A stretch of 64,000 nucleotides of DNA. Source: Myxococcota bacterium (GTDB lineage Bacteria > Myxococcota_A > SURF-8). Position 1 is the stretch's first letter; each line of letters begins with the position of its first letter. A program made the translations under genes and the position numbers. Below the pieces are notes generated by a model. The model did no database searches. It was not told where the DNA came from and saw only the letters and a list, made by a program, of their open reading frames with translations. Location: assembly GCA_965140415.1 (NCBI GenBank), contig OZ223209.1, positions 1,728,001 through 1,792,000 of the forward strand. The letters are read 5' to 3'. Shown here piece by piece: positions 29,156 to 38,288 of this stretch.

Positions 29156-29372
29156 TTCGTGTCCCTTTCAGTGGCCTGAGGAAAACCGTTCTCAAGCAGG
29201 CGATCGAAGATGAAGCGCGCAAAGCGCTTGTTGGTTTTACCGGTAAAGTGTGCGTCCTGATGATTGTAAATCGCGGTGCGGCTGTTGTCACCTAATTCTT
29301 CTTCCATTTGGCGTATTTCCGGTGAAAAATCGTAGCAGGTCAACTGTCTTTTGTCGCATTCCTGTCGCCAGA
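29152..29372 (-). pseudogene. displaced C-terminal fragment of SGNH hydrolase
   Basis: Encodes WRQECDKRQLTCYDF...ERDTK*; its TGA overlaps the nucleotidase ATG (ATGA). Confidence 0.85.
29153..29372. repeat. 220-bp direct repeat, copy 1 (orphaned 3' end of the SGNH gene)
   Basis: Identical to 32920..33139 except at 29260 (a/t) and 29353 (g/a). Confidence 0.97.
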
Positions 29373-29559
29373 CTTGGGCTACCTCCACGTCGCCAAGCGT
29401 TTTTTTTCGAGGAACATAATTTTTCGCTTGGCAGCCTGCTCTTTCGGGAGCAACTTGTATGTGGGTGATACCTACTGTAAAGTCGTGGTTGGAGAATCTC
29501 AACTTTACCGGATTCCTGCCTGGGAGATATTACCCGTCTTTTAACACTCGACAACTCTG

Positions 29560-31683
29560 ATGAAGAATATATTGACTTCTACTACCTTCAGGGTAGAATA
29601 CCTCAATTCGTTTTTGGCACAGGCGTATAATGTGAGTGAAAAGTCCAACAAGATATCCCCATTTAACATAAAAATTTTATCAAGTGGGACTGCTGCCGTT
29701 TTCGTTTTGTATGGGGTCTTGTTGTCTCTTCTATTAAGTCATGTCGAAGATTTCTTCTTTTTCCTTCTCAAAGGAATACGAGAAAGCCAATGGTCAACAA
29801 GTTTTCTGATAATATTCTCATCCATATTCGGACTACTGGCGTACTCCCTACTTTATATAGCATTGTTTAAGCGCATCCTTGTTAATTGGAGGATCTTACC
29901 TCTTTTATTAACGATCCCTGTGCTATTTTCTTTTTATGTTCATTTCGTTCCTTCAAGTATTCTGATATACCAACTAGTTCTAGACATCACTCACTATGCG
30001 GTCGCTTTGTTTTTTGTTTGTCTTATAAGCTGGATACTTAAAGATGATTTAAGAATAAACGAATCGCTAGGTAATGGGTGGGTGCGTTTTGAAAAGCTTA
30101 TTTTAGGGTTCTTTTCAATTGGCTTTTTCATATGGAGTTGTTTCTTTATTTTTAGATCATCTTCAATTGCAATTGATGGGAAACGGTATTTTTGTTTGTT
30201 CGATGATGCGATGATATCTATGCGGTATGCGTGGAACTTTGCACACGGAATCGGACTCGTGTGGAATGATGGCGAAAAAGTTCAAGGTTTTACAAATCTT
30301 TTAATGACATTAATAATGTCCGTCCCTGCCTCAATATTAAGCAAATCGAACTCAGTGCTGTCGATTCAATTCTTTGGTGTATTTGTAATGTTGGTTGTTG
30401 CCTATGTTTCAACAAAAATTTCAGATGAATTCTCGGAATCTATGACAACAAACAGTAAATCGTTATTTAGAATTCTAACATGGCTTGGCGTTCTTTTGTA
30501 CTATCCGCTGGTGTATTGGACGCTAATGGGGATGGAAACGGGATTGCTTACACTTCTTATTTTATCAAGTATTCTTTTTTCTTTTCGATACATTAAGAAT
30601 GGGAAATTGTCCAGTGTGATGATGGCGGCTTTTTTTTCTGGAATGGCATATTTAGTTAGGCCTGATGCATTGATCTATACAATGGTTATCTGGCTCTATT
30701 TGTCTTTATTTTGTCTTAAATCTGACTGCCGTAGAACTATTGCGAAAGATTTGCTGTTTTCCATTGGGTTAATTATGTTGTTTATCTTTGGAAAGCTGTT
30801 GTTTCAGTATATGTACTACGGTAGCATGCTCCCTAATACCTACACTCTCAAGTTGCAAGGAATGCCGTTTCATTTGAGATTATTAAACGGTGTAGGCTTT
30901 ATTGGATCTTACCTGAAAGAGACGAGCATTCTTCTTGTCATTGCATTCTCGAGTTTGTTTACATGGAATAAGAGATATGCAGTATTGCTATTTGCGACCG
31001 TGCTGACTACTATTGTATATCAAATATATACTGGTGGAGATCCTTGGAATTATTGGCGTATTCTCGCACCAACGATGCCTCTTATTATAATATTAGTTGT
31101 TACTACCTCTTCTGTTTTAATTTCCATTATTACTAAGCAATTAGCAATAGGAACAGGGGTTCTAGAAAAATTAAATTCAGTGCGATGGATCTTGATTACT
31201 TGTGTTCTATTGACAGGATTGTCAGTGGCAAATTTGCGCTTTTGGCCTGAAATTTCATTTAAACAGATGTCATATCTTGCCAAAGAAAATAGCCAGAAAG
31301 TGAACGTTGCCGTTGTGCTTAGAGATTTGCTTACCGACGATGCAAGTATAGGCGTTTTTTGGGCGGGAACAATCCCTTATTATTCTGGCAAACGAGCGAT
31401 TGATTTTTTAGGTAAGTCAGATAAATATATTGCGATGCTACCTCCAGATGTTTCCGGAAACTGTAGTTGGTATGGTATGCAAAGTGTACCGGGACATAAT
31501 AAGTATAATTTGGAATATTCTATAAAAACCCTTTTACCGACCTACGTCGAGAAATTTAAATATTGCCAACAGGATTTATCTGAATGGTCAAAGTCTCAGT
31601 ATGTCAGTGTCAATCGTTCTGGTGTTGAAGTCAACTTGCGACTAGGTGCACCTGAAGTGCGTTGGGATAGGACTGTCCCATAG
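29560..31683 (+). CDS. polytopic GT-C-fold glycosyltransferase, AftB-like
   Basis: DDAMISMRYAWNFAHGIGLVWNDGEKVQGFT, GMET, VRPD, YYGSMLPNTY and GGD motifs; many TM segments; start codon uncertain. Confidence 0.75.
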   Translation: MKNILTSTTFRVEYLNSFLAQAYNVSEKSNKISPFNIKILSSGTAAVFVLYGVLLSLLLSHVEDFFFFLLKGIRESQWSTSFLIIFSSIFGLLAYSLLYIALFKRILVNWRILPLLLTIPVLFSFYVHFVPSSILIYQLVLDITHYAVALFFVCLISWILKDDLRINESLGNGWVRFEKLILGFFSIGFFIWSCFFIFRSSSIAIDGKRYFCLFDDAMISMRYAWNFAHGIGLVWNDGEKVQGFTNLLMTLIMSVPASILSKSNSVLSIQFFGVFVMLVVAYVSTKISDEFSESMTTNSKSLFRILTWLGVLLYYPLVYWTLMGMETGLLTLLILSSILFSFRYIKNGKLSSVMMAAFFSGMAYLVRPDALIYTMVIWLYLSLFCLKSDCRRTIAKDLLFSIGLIMLFIFGKLLFQYMYYGSMLPNTYTLKLQGMPFHLRLLNGVGFIGSYLKETSILLVIAFSSLFTWNKRYAVLLFATVLTTIVYQIYTGGDPWNYWRILAPTMPLIIILVVTTSSVLISIITKQLAIGTGVLEKLNSVRWILITCVLLTGLSVANLRFWPEISFKQMSYLAKENSQKVNVAVVLRDLLTDDASIGVFWAGTIPYYSGKRAIDFLGKSDKYIAMLPPDVSGNCSWYGMQSVPGHNKYNLEYSIKTLLPTYVEKFKYCQQDLSEWSKSQYVSVNRSGVEVNLRLGAPEVRWDRTVP

Positions 31684-31760
31684 AAATATTATTGAAATAT
31701 GCGGAACGAAGAGTGCGAAATGACATATATGAAAACGGATTATATTAACAGGGCATTCCA

Positions 31761-32858
31761 TTAGTTATCGGCCAAGGTGCTTTTTGAAGAAGTTTGCAGT
31801 TTCCCTGAACATCTCAGAGGACTCAGGGCAGTCGGGATTGAAACCGCATGTCCGTGGGTGAACCCATGATAAACATTAAGATCCGCCTCAACCCCGGAGC
31901 GCCTTAGTTTACGGTGTGCACGTACAACGTTGGAAAGAAACAGATCGCGTGTGCCACTGGTCAAGATGGTTGGTGGAAAGCCCGAGAAGTTACCATAAAT
32001 GGGTGACAGGTAAGGATCTTTCATATTGTGTCCGTTCGCATAAAGCTTGGCTGCTCGTCCCAATATGCCGTTCCATGATACGAGAATGTTATCAATCCAC
32101 TCGTTGATGAAATAGGAGTCACCGATCTGGTTAAGATCAGTCCACGGTGTGTTTGGTGCAATAGCAGCAGGCAACGGCAAGTTTTTATCTTTTGCACGTA
32201 AGATCATCGCCAAGGTTAAGCCTCCACCTGCGGAAGTGCCGAAAATTCCCATTTTATTTGGATCATGAGTTTTCAATAGTGCGACCCATATTGTCATCAC
32301 GTCATCCAAGGCAGCTGGATAAGGGTGGTCGGGTGGCATTCGGTAGTCGATAGAAATTACTTTATAACCACCTATACTTGCCAACATGAAGGCTTCGGGA
32401 AGTCCTGATTTGCCAGGATTAAAAACATAAGCACCCCCATGTAAATGTATTAAAAGGAATTCTTCTTTTTCTTTGGTGAGATTTTTCGGTGTTACAATGA
32501 AAGCATGTACTCCATTAATTGTGATTGAGTTATACTCAACACATAGCCTCTCCTCTAATTTCGGCAAGCTAGCCAAAACAGCATTGGAAACTTTTTCAAC
32601 AAGTATTTTCCATTCCTCCTCATTCCTGGGGATTGCATTGAAGATTGGGTTAAGTGGCTGGCTAATCAGTGCTTGTAGCTGAGGACTTATATCTGAGGTT
32701 GGAACAGGAATTACTCTGGTTGGTATTCTATGCGAACCGATTTCGGGATTTTCATCTAAAATGGTATTGCTGTTTTCCGGAATATTAGTGTAGTCAGAGC
32801 AGGAACACAGTCCTAGTAACAAAACCAATATCAAAAATAAAAGCGACTTGGTTTCCAT
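31761..32858 (-). CDS. HSL-family (GTSAG) alpha/beta hydrolase, lipoprotein; probable frameshift near the C-terminus
   Basis: HGGAY, DYRMPPDHPYPAALDD, GTSAGG, GTRDLF; a family-like C-terminal helix lies in the -1 frame. Confidence 0.85.
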   Translation of the reverse strand: METKSLLFLILVLLLGLCSCSDYTNIPENSNTILDENPEIGSHRIPTRVIPVPTSDISPQLQALISQPLNPIFNAIPRNEEEWKILVEKVSNAVLASLPKLEERLCVEYNSITINGVHAFIVTPKNLTKEKEEFLLIHLHGGAYVFNPGKSGLPEAFMLASIGGYKVISIDYRMPPDHPYPAALDDVMTIWVALLKTHDPNKMGIFGTSAGGGLTLAMILRAKDKNLPLPAAIAPNTPWTDLNQIGDSYFINEWIDNILVSWNGILGRAAKLYANGHNMKDPYLSPIYGNFSGFPPTILTSGTRDLFLSNVVRAHRKLRRSGVEADLNVYHGFTHGHAVSIPTALSPLRCSGKLQTSSKSTLADN

Positions 32859-32906
32859 GATTTTGTACCTAGCGATTATAAGTAATCGTTATTATTCGCG
32901 GTTTTG

Positions 32907-34043
32907 TCATTGCCCAGGACATTTCGTGTCCCTTTCAGTGGCCTGAGGAAAACCGTTCTCAAGCAGGCGATCGAAGATGAAGCGCGCAAAGCGCTTGTTG
33001 GTTTTACCGGTAAAGTGTGCGTCCTGTTGATTGTAAATCGCGGTGCGGCTGTTGTCACCTAATTCTTCTTCCATTTGGCGTATTTCCGGTGAAAAATCGT
33101 AGCAGGTCAACTGTCTTTTATCGCATTCCTGTCGCCAGATCTGGGAGAAAGGCCGCTCTTCCGGTGTCGTCCATTTTCCGTCCTGTACGCCCCAACTCAT
33201 CAGCCATGTTTTGAATTCACTGGTATCGCGCAGGTGAAAGGGCCAGGGGTAATTGAAAAAGATCGTGCGTGCGCCGTCGGACTGTGCGCGTTTGGCAAGC
33301 TTGGCATTCAAGTCGAAAGAGTAATCCAGCATCGGTTGCAGCAAGCGCGGATTTTCGATGTACAGCCCGCGATTGATCAGGCGAAGTTCCATCGGCAGGT
33401 AGTGCCAGTCGTTTTTCACAAGCCGGTAGGCAAACTGAATGAAACGGATCAATACGCTTCGGCGCAGCCCGGTGTTGTAGAACTCTTCGCCTACAACCGC
33501 TGTGGGATTGCCCTGCTCGTCGAACTGCGCCAGGTCGCGGTAGATGGCGTCGTCGATCGGGTCGCAGGTGTCGAACAGATCGAGCACCCAATCGGGTTGC
33601 AATTGTCTGACCAGGCGTTCGTATTGAATTCTTTGGATAATCGGTGAGTAGGAGACGAAGCCGAAGTTGAAGATTTCGATTTGGTGGTCGGGGAATTTCT
33701 CTTTGACGAGTTGTTCGAAGTGGTAGGGAATGGTCTGATCGTGCGGTGTAAAGCCGTAAGTGAAGCTGTCGCCGAAAAAGATTACACGCACCGTGTCTGG
33801 ATTTTTGTGTTTCGGCAGCGTGCGCCCACGATAGTCGTATGTCCCCAATCCCGCCTTGGCGAAGGCGATCGGCACGTGATGGTAAATCGGATCGTTACCC
33901 TGCACGATGTAGGTGAGCGGTGGCTCGATCCAGAACAACCGGAAAAAGACCTCTGCAAAGGCAAAGCCTCCAACAAGGTAAATCAGGCTGTATAGAAGAA
34001 ACGTTTTCAATTTAGAGCGGTTTGATTTCTCTGTGTTTTTCAT
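32907..34043 (-). CDS. membrane-anchored SGNH/GDSL hydrolase
   Basis: N-terminal TM helix, FGDSFTYG (block I), NFGFVSYS, DAHFT (DxH). Confidence 0.85.
   Translation of the reverse strand: MKNTEKSNRSKLKTFLLYSLIYLVGGFAFAEVFFRLFWIEPPLTYIVQGNDPIYHHVPIAFAKAGLGTYDYRGRTLPKHKNPDTVRVIFFGDSFTYGFTPHDQTIPYHFEQLVKEKFPDHQIEIFNFGFVSYSPIIQRIQYERLVRQLQPDWVLDLFDTCDPIDDAIYRDLAQFDEQGNPTAVVGEEFYNTGLRRSVLIRFIQFAYRLVKNDWHYLPMELRLINRGLYIENPRLLQPMLDYSFDLNAKLAKRAQSDGARTIFFNYPWPFHLRDTSEFKTWLMSWGVQDGKWTTPEERPFSQIWRQECDKRQLTCYDFSPEIRQMEEELGDNSRTAIYNQQDAHFTGKTNKRFARFIFDRLLENGFPQATERDTKCPGQ
32920..33139. repeat. 220-bp direct repeat, copy 2 (inside the intact SGNH gene)
   Basis: Offset of 3767 bp from copy 1; 218/220 identical. 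Confidence 0.97.
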
Positions 34044-34270
34044 CTTGACTGCGTTTGCGGCTCCTGCCGATTTTCATTATAGCGGTTACTACCGAAGAAC
34101 CCCACCGGTGCAAAGTCTTTTTTACAGCGGATCATACCGTGCGACCTTGTGATGTGCAATGTTTTGATGAATTGCGATAAGTTGCCTGATGTGGCTCGCT
34201 CTTTTCTTGCCAAACCGGCTCGGTAGAGTATGATGAATCCGTTCGGAAAAGTGTTTGTAAAGGAGGAACG

Positions 34271-35059
34271 ATGAGCGACCAACATATCAAAGTGGAACGC
34301 AATGGGCATATTCTGTTGATCGGTGTCAACCGCGCCAACAAACGCAATGCCTTCAGCGTGAAAATGTATCAGGATCTGGGGCTGGCGCTGGGTGAGTTGC
34401 AGCGGGACGACGACTTACGTTGCGGTGTCGTGTATGCGGAAGGCGATCATTTCACTTCGGGTCTGGATCTGGCCGAGTGGGGGGCGACGTTCGGTGCGGG
34501 CAGTATGCCCGAACTTCCCGAAGGTGCTTGCGATCCGTTCGGTTTCGATGAATCCAAGCGCGTGATGAAGCCTGTGGTGATGGCGGTGCAAGGAATGTGT
34601 TATACCATCGGGCAGGAATTCATGCTGACGACCGATATTCGTGTGGCTGCCTCCGACGTGCGTTTCGCCCAGTTGGAAGTCAAGCGTGGCATCTACCCGG
34701 TGGGCGGCGGTACGATTCGCCTGCTACACGAAATCGGCTGGGGTAATGCCATGCGCTATCTGCTCACCGGCGAGGAAATCACGGGACCGGAGGCGTTTCG
34801 TTTGGGGCTGGTGCAGGAACTGGTGGAACCGGGCGAGCAACTGGAAAAAGCGCTTCAGATCGCCGAGATCATCTGCAAGCAGGCTCCGCTGGCGGTATAT
34901 GCCACATTGAAATCGGCTCGCCAGGCGCGCGCGCACGCCGAAAACGAAGCCATGCAAAAGCTGTTGCCCGAATTGCTCAAACTGATGACTACCGAAGACG
35001 TGCAAGAGGGGATGATGTCCTTCCTGCAACGCCGCGAGGCGAATTTCAAGGGCCGGTAA
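34271..35059 (+). CDS. crotonase/enoyl-CoA hydratase family protein
   Basis: KRNAF, HFTSGLDL, KPVVMAVQG, EVKRGIYPVGGGT, GNAMRYLLTG; AGGAGG RBS. Confidence 0.93.
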   Translation: MSDQHIKVERNGHILLIGVNRANKRNAFSVKMYQDLGLALGELQRDDDLRCGVVYAEGDHFTSGLDLAEWGATFGAGSMPELPEGACDPFGFDESKRVMKPVVMAVQGMCYTIGQEFMLTTDIRVAASDVRFAQLEVKRGIYPVGGGTIRLLHEIGWGNAMRYLLTGEEITGPEAFRLGLVQELVEPGEQLEKALQIAEIICKQAPLAVYATLKSARQARAHAENEAMQKLLPELLKLMTTEDVQEGMMSFLQRREANFKGR

Positions 35060-35197
35060 ACAACCTCTCATATGGCAGGGGGAATCGGAGTTGCATGGGT
35101 CACCACGCCGCGAAAGTGGTTTATCCTCTTTCACGCCGTAAGGGCCTGTGCTACACTCTAGCGGTTTTATTGGTGAACATCGCTGCATTGCGGCGAG

Positions 35198-35968
35198 ATG
35201 GAGACGGAAACAGTGACTCTTTCCAGGCGGCGATTCTTGGCATCTTCGGCGGCAGGGCTTTGCGCTCTGGCTTGTCCTGCGGTGCTGCACGCCTTCGGAC
35301 CGGAGTCACTATTCGAAATGCCGACCCTGGTTTATTCGGGCAGTTACGATCGCCGTAAAGGCGCTCAGGAACGGCTGGCCTGGGAACTGATGAAGCGCAC
35401 CAGCATCGAGGCTAAACTGGAACAGGGTGAAGTGTCTATCGAGTCACCCGAATTCTTTAAAAAACCGGTCTTCTACATGAGTGGCGACGCCGCCTTCGAG
35501 CCGTTTTCGGACGAGCAGATTGCCCGCTTGCGCCGTCATCTCCAATTCGGCGGTTTCTTGTTCATCGATGGCAACCCGGACATGGGAAGCGGTTTCGACG
35601 AAAGCGTGCGGCGGGAATTGAAACGCCTTTTCCCTCGCCTGCCGCTGCAAACCCTGCCCGCCGAGCATACCCTGTTCAAGTCCTTTTATCTGCTAGACGG
35701 TCGCTGGGGCCGCGTACAGCGAAAGAGTTTTGTAGAAGGAATCACGCGCGATAACCGCACGATGGTGGTGTATTCGCAAAACGATGTGGGTGGCGCATGG
35801 CTGCGCGATAACTTCGGCAACTGGCAGTTTCCGGTGATCCCCGGCGGCGAAGCACAGCGCGAAATGGCGTTTCGTTTCGGTGTGAATCTGGCGATGTACG
35901 CTCTGTGTACCAACTACAAGAGCGATCAGGTGCATATCCCCTTTATTCTCAAGCGCAGGCGCAGATGA
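35198..35968 (+). CDS. DUF4159-family protein with Tat-like signal
   Basis: SRRRFL signal; LRRHLQFGGFLFID, HTLFKSFY, NDVGGAW, GVNLAMYALCTNYKSDQVH. Confidence 0.8.
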   Translation: METETVTLSRRRFLASSAAGLCALACPAVLHAFGPESLFEMPTLVYSGSYDRRKGAQERLAWELMKRTSIEAKLEQGEVSIESPEFFKKPVFYMSGDAAFEPFSDEQIARLRRHLQFGGFLFIDGNPDMGSGFDESVRRELKRLFPRLPLQTLPAEHTLFKSFYLLDGRWGRVQRKSFVEGITRDNRTMVVYSQNDVGGAWLRDNFGNWQFPVIPGGEAQREMAFRFGVNLAMYALCTNYKSDQVHIPFILKRRRR

Positions 35969-38280
35969 TCGAGTGGTTGGTCGGACAGCAGGCGGCGGGG
36001 GAGTTCAACTTCTGGGAACTGGTGTTTCTGCACCAGCCGAACCGCATCGAACTGGTCATTTTAGGGCTTATAGTGGCGGTATTGATTCCGCTGTTTATCT
36101 TGAATCTGAAACGGCTGCCTTCGCGCCGCTGGCGACTGGTTCTATTGGGGCTGCGTCTGCTGTTTCTGGCGGGCTTATTGCTGCTTTGGCTGCAACCCGC
36201 CGTGCAATTGCAGAAACGGCTGCAACAGAAAAGCCACGTGATATTGATGAACGACCGTTCACGCTCGATGTCGCTACTGGCCGGCGACGGCGACCGGACG
36301 CGGGCCGCGATGGCAAATGAATTCTTCAGCGAAAATACCTCCTGGGTTAAAAGCATTGCGGCAAGTCATCATTTACATGCTTTCAGTTTCGAGCAGAAAC
36401 CCTCTTCGATTCCGCTTTCCAAATTGACTGACAAAGGCGAACCCTCTGGAGATTATTCCGATTTCGGCGCGGCGCTTTCCGTTTCCACGGATCAGTTCCG
36501 AAAGGGCGAAGTGGCGGCGGTGGTGCTGGTTTCCGATGGCGTGAGTAATCCGTCGCCTGGAACGGAACAACTGCTGGAAGATGTCCTCGCCACGCTGAAA
36601 AAGGCCAAGGTGCCGGTGTACGCATTCGGTGCGGGAACGGAAGGCGCAGTAAAGGATATGGCGGTGCGTGACGTGCGCTACGATGGTTTCGCATTCGTGC
36701 ACAACAAGACGACCATCGAAGTCGATATCGCTTCTACAGGCTACCCGGAACGTCCGGTTCAAGTCACGCTGGAAGCCGATGGCCGCCCGATCGGGTCACA
36801 GAATCTGGTCGTGCCGTCCGGTGAAGTCGTGAAAGCGGCGTTCAGTTTTACGCCGGAGCGGGTCGGACGTGCGGTCTATACCGTCAAGCTGCCGCTTTTC
36901 ACCGATGACGCCATCCCGCAGAACAATACGCGCAGTTTCATTATCGAGGTGATCCGCGATAAAGTGCGCGTGCTGCACGTCTGCGGTCATCCCGATTACG
37001 ACGAGCAGTTCCTGCGGCGCTTTTTGAAGAACAATCCCAATGTGGATTTGATCTCCTTTTTCATTTTGCGCACCAATGCGGATCTGCAACTGGTGCCCGA
37101 GCGGGAATTGTCGCTGATTCCCTTCCCGACGCAGGAATTGTTCGACACACAACTGCACACCTTCGATCTGGTGATTTTCCAGAATTTCACCTACCAGGGT
37201 TACGAGATGAGCCACTATCTACCCAATATCCGGCGCTACGTGCTTGAAGGCGGAGCATTGCTGGTGTTAGGCGGCGACGTCTCCTATGGGCCGGGAGGCT
37301 ACGACAATACTCCGATTGAGGATGTCCTGCCCTTTGATATCAGTTTGCAGGATCCGGCGGCCAGTTCCGCACCTTTCGCGATGCAGGTCACACCGGAAGG
37401 TTTGCGACACCCGATTATGCGCCTGCGCCAGGGAATGGAAGCCAATCGGGCAGCCTGGCAGCAGGCACCGGAATTATTGGGTTTGAACCTGGGATTGATG
37501 GCTCTACCGGATGCGCTGGTGCTGGCGGAGCATCCCACTTTGCAAACGGGTGGAAAACCTGCTCCGGCGATTGCACTGCGCAGGCCGGGCAAGGGGCGCG
37601 TACTGGCTACGGCGCTCGATTCGACCTGGCTCTGGTATCAATCGGAAATCGAGCAGGGTGGCGATGGAGAACTCTATACCCGCTTTTGGAGTAATGCGCT
37701 GCGCTGGCTGATCAAAGATCCGGACTTGAAGCATCTTGCGGTGCGGGCGGATAAAGACAATCCCTCACCTGGGCAGGAAGTGCAGCTCGATATCCGCCTG
37801 ACCGACGATGATTTCCAGCCGAAAGCCGATGCAAGGTTGCGTGTCAGGGCTATCGAAAAGGCGAGTGGCAAACCCCTGTTCGATAGAGAACTGGCAACCG
37901 ATAGCGAAGGCACGGTAATTACACGGTTTGCCGCTCCGGAAGTGGAAGGCGTGATGACGGTGCAGGTGGAAACCGTCGATCCTGCTGCGGGAGAAATCGA
38001 GCGGGAAGAGTTGTTGTTGTATGTTTCCAGTAATTCCGGTGAGTTCCGAGATGTGGCGGTGGACTTCGACCGGCTGCGTAAAATCGCCAAGGAAACCGGC
38101 GGCGAGTTCAAGTCTTTGCCATATAAAATGCCTGCCGATTTCCAATTCCCAGTCAACACCGTGGCGCGCATCGGTAAAAAACGCGATGTGCCGATCTGGG
38201 ACAACAGCACCGTATTGGGCCTGTTGGTTTTTCTGATCGCCCTGGAATGGTGGTTGCGCAAGCGTAAGCGCCTGAATTAA
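35965..38280 (+). CDS. membrane protein with vWA and GATase-like domains (DUF4159 partner)
   Basis: ATGA overlap with the upstream gene; DRSRSM MIDAS-like motif, VLVSDG, LSLIPFPTQELF, GGALLVLGG, C-terminal LEWWLRKR. Confidence 0.8.
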   Translation: MIEWLVGQQAAGEFNFWELVFLHQPNRIELVILGLIVAVLIPLFILNLKRLPSRRWRLVLLGLRLLFLAGLLLLWLQPAVQLQKRLQQKSHVILMNDRSRSMSLLAGDGDRTRAAMANEFFSENTSWVKSIAASHHLHAFSFEQKPSSIPLSKLTDKGEPSGDYSDFGAALSVSTDQFRKGEVAAVVLVSDGVSNPSPGTEQLLEDVLATLKKAKVPVYAFGAGTEGAVKDMAVRDVRYDGFAFVHNKTTIEVDIASTGYPERPVQVTLEADGRPIGSQNLVVPSGEVVKAAFSFTPERVGRAVYTVKLPLFTDDAIPQNNTRSFIIEVIRDKVRVLHVCGHPDYDEQFLRRFLKNNPNVDLISFFILRTNADLQLVPERELSLIPFPTQELFDTQLHTFDLVIFQNFTYQGYEMSHYLPNIRRYVLEGGALLVLGGDVSYGPGGYDNTPIEDVLPFDISLQDPAASSAPFAMQVTPEGLRHPIMRLRQGMEANRAAWQQAPELLGLNLGLMALPDALVLAEHPTLQTGGKPAPAIALRRPGKGRVLATALDSTWLWYQSEIEQGGDGELYTRFWSNALRWLIKDPDLKHLAVRADKDNPSPGQEVQLDIRLTDDDFQPKADARLRVRAIEKASGKPLFDRELATDSEGTVITRFAAPEVEGVMTVQVETVDPAAGEIEREELLLYVSSNSGEFRDVAVDFDRLRKIAKETGGEFKSLPYKMPADFQFPVNTVARIGKKRDVPIWDNSTVLGLLVFLIALEWWLRKRKRLN

Positions 38281-38288
38281 ATCATAAT

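Larger units (their letters stand above)
29373..32919. mobile_element. 3.5-kb low-GC inserted island bracketed by a 220-bp direct repeat; no integrase or transposase
   Basis: Spot counts of three 60-nt lines give 23-42% GC, against ~55% in the flanks; the composition shift roughly coincides with the repeat copies. Confidence 0.75.

Noticed and set aside
29373-29502. N-terminal part of the 116-aa ORF 29152..29502 as a real chimeric gene
   Set aside because: TTG start with no clear RBS; most likely a chance open frame running into the duplicated SGNH fragment.
31746-31760. Integron attC start (TAACAGGGCATTCCA) between the island genes
   Set aside because: There is no complementary R' end or hairpin, the genes are convergent, and no integrase is present.
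29153-33139. Diversity-generating retroelement TR/VR pair (near-identical repeat at a gene's 3' end; FGE-type domain elsewhere in the window)
   Set aside because: There are only two internal mismatches and they are not adenine-specific on one strand. No reverse transcriptase is present, and the FGE domain has no template repeat in the window.
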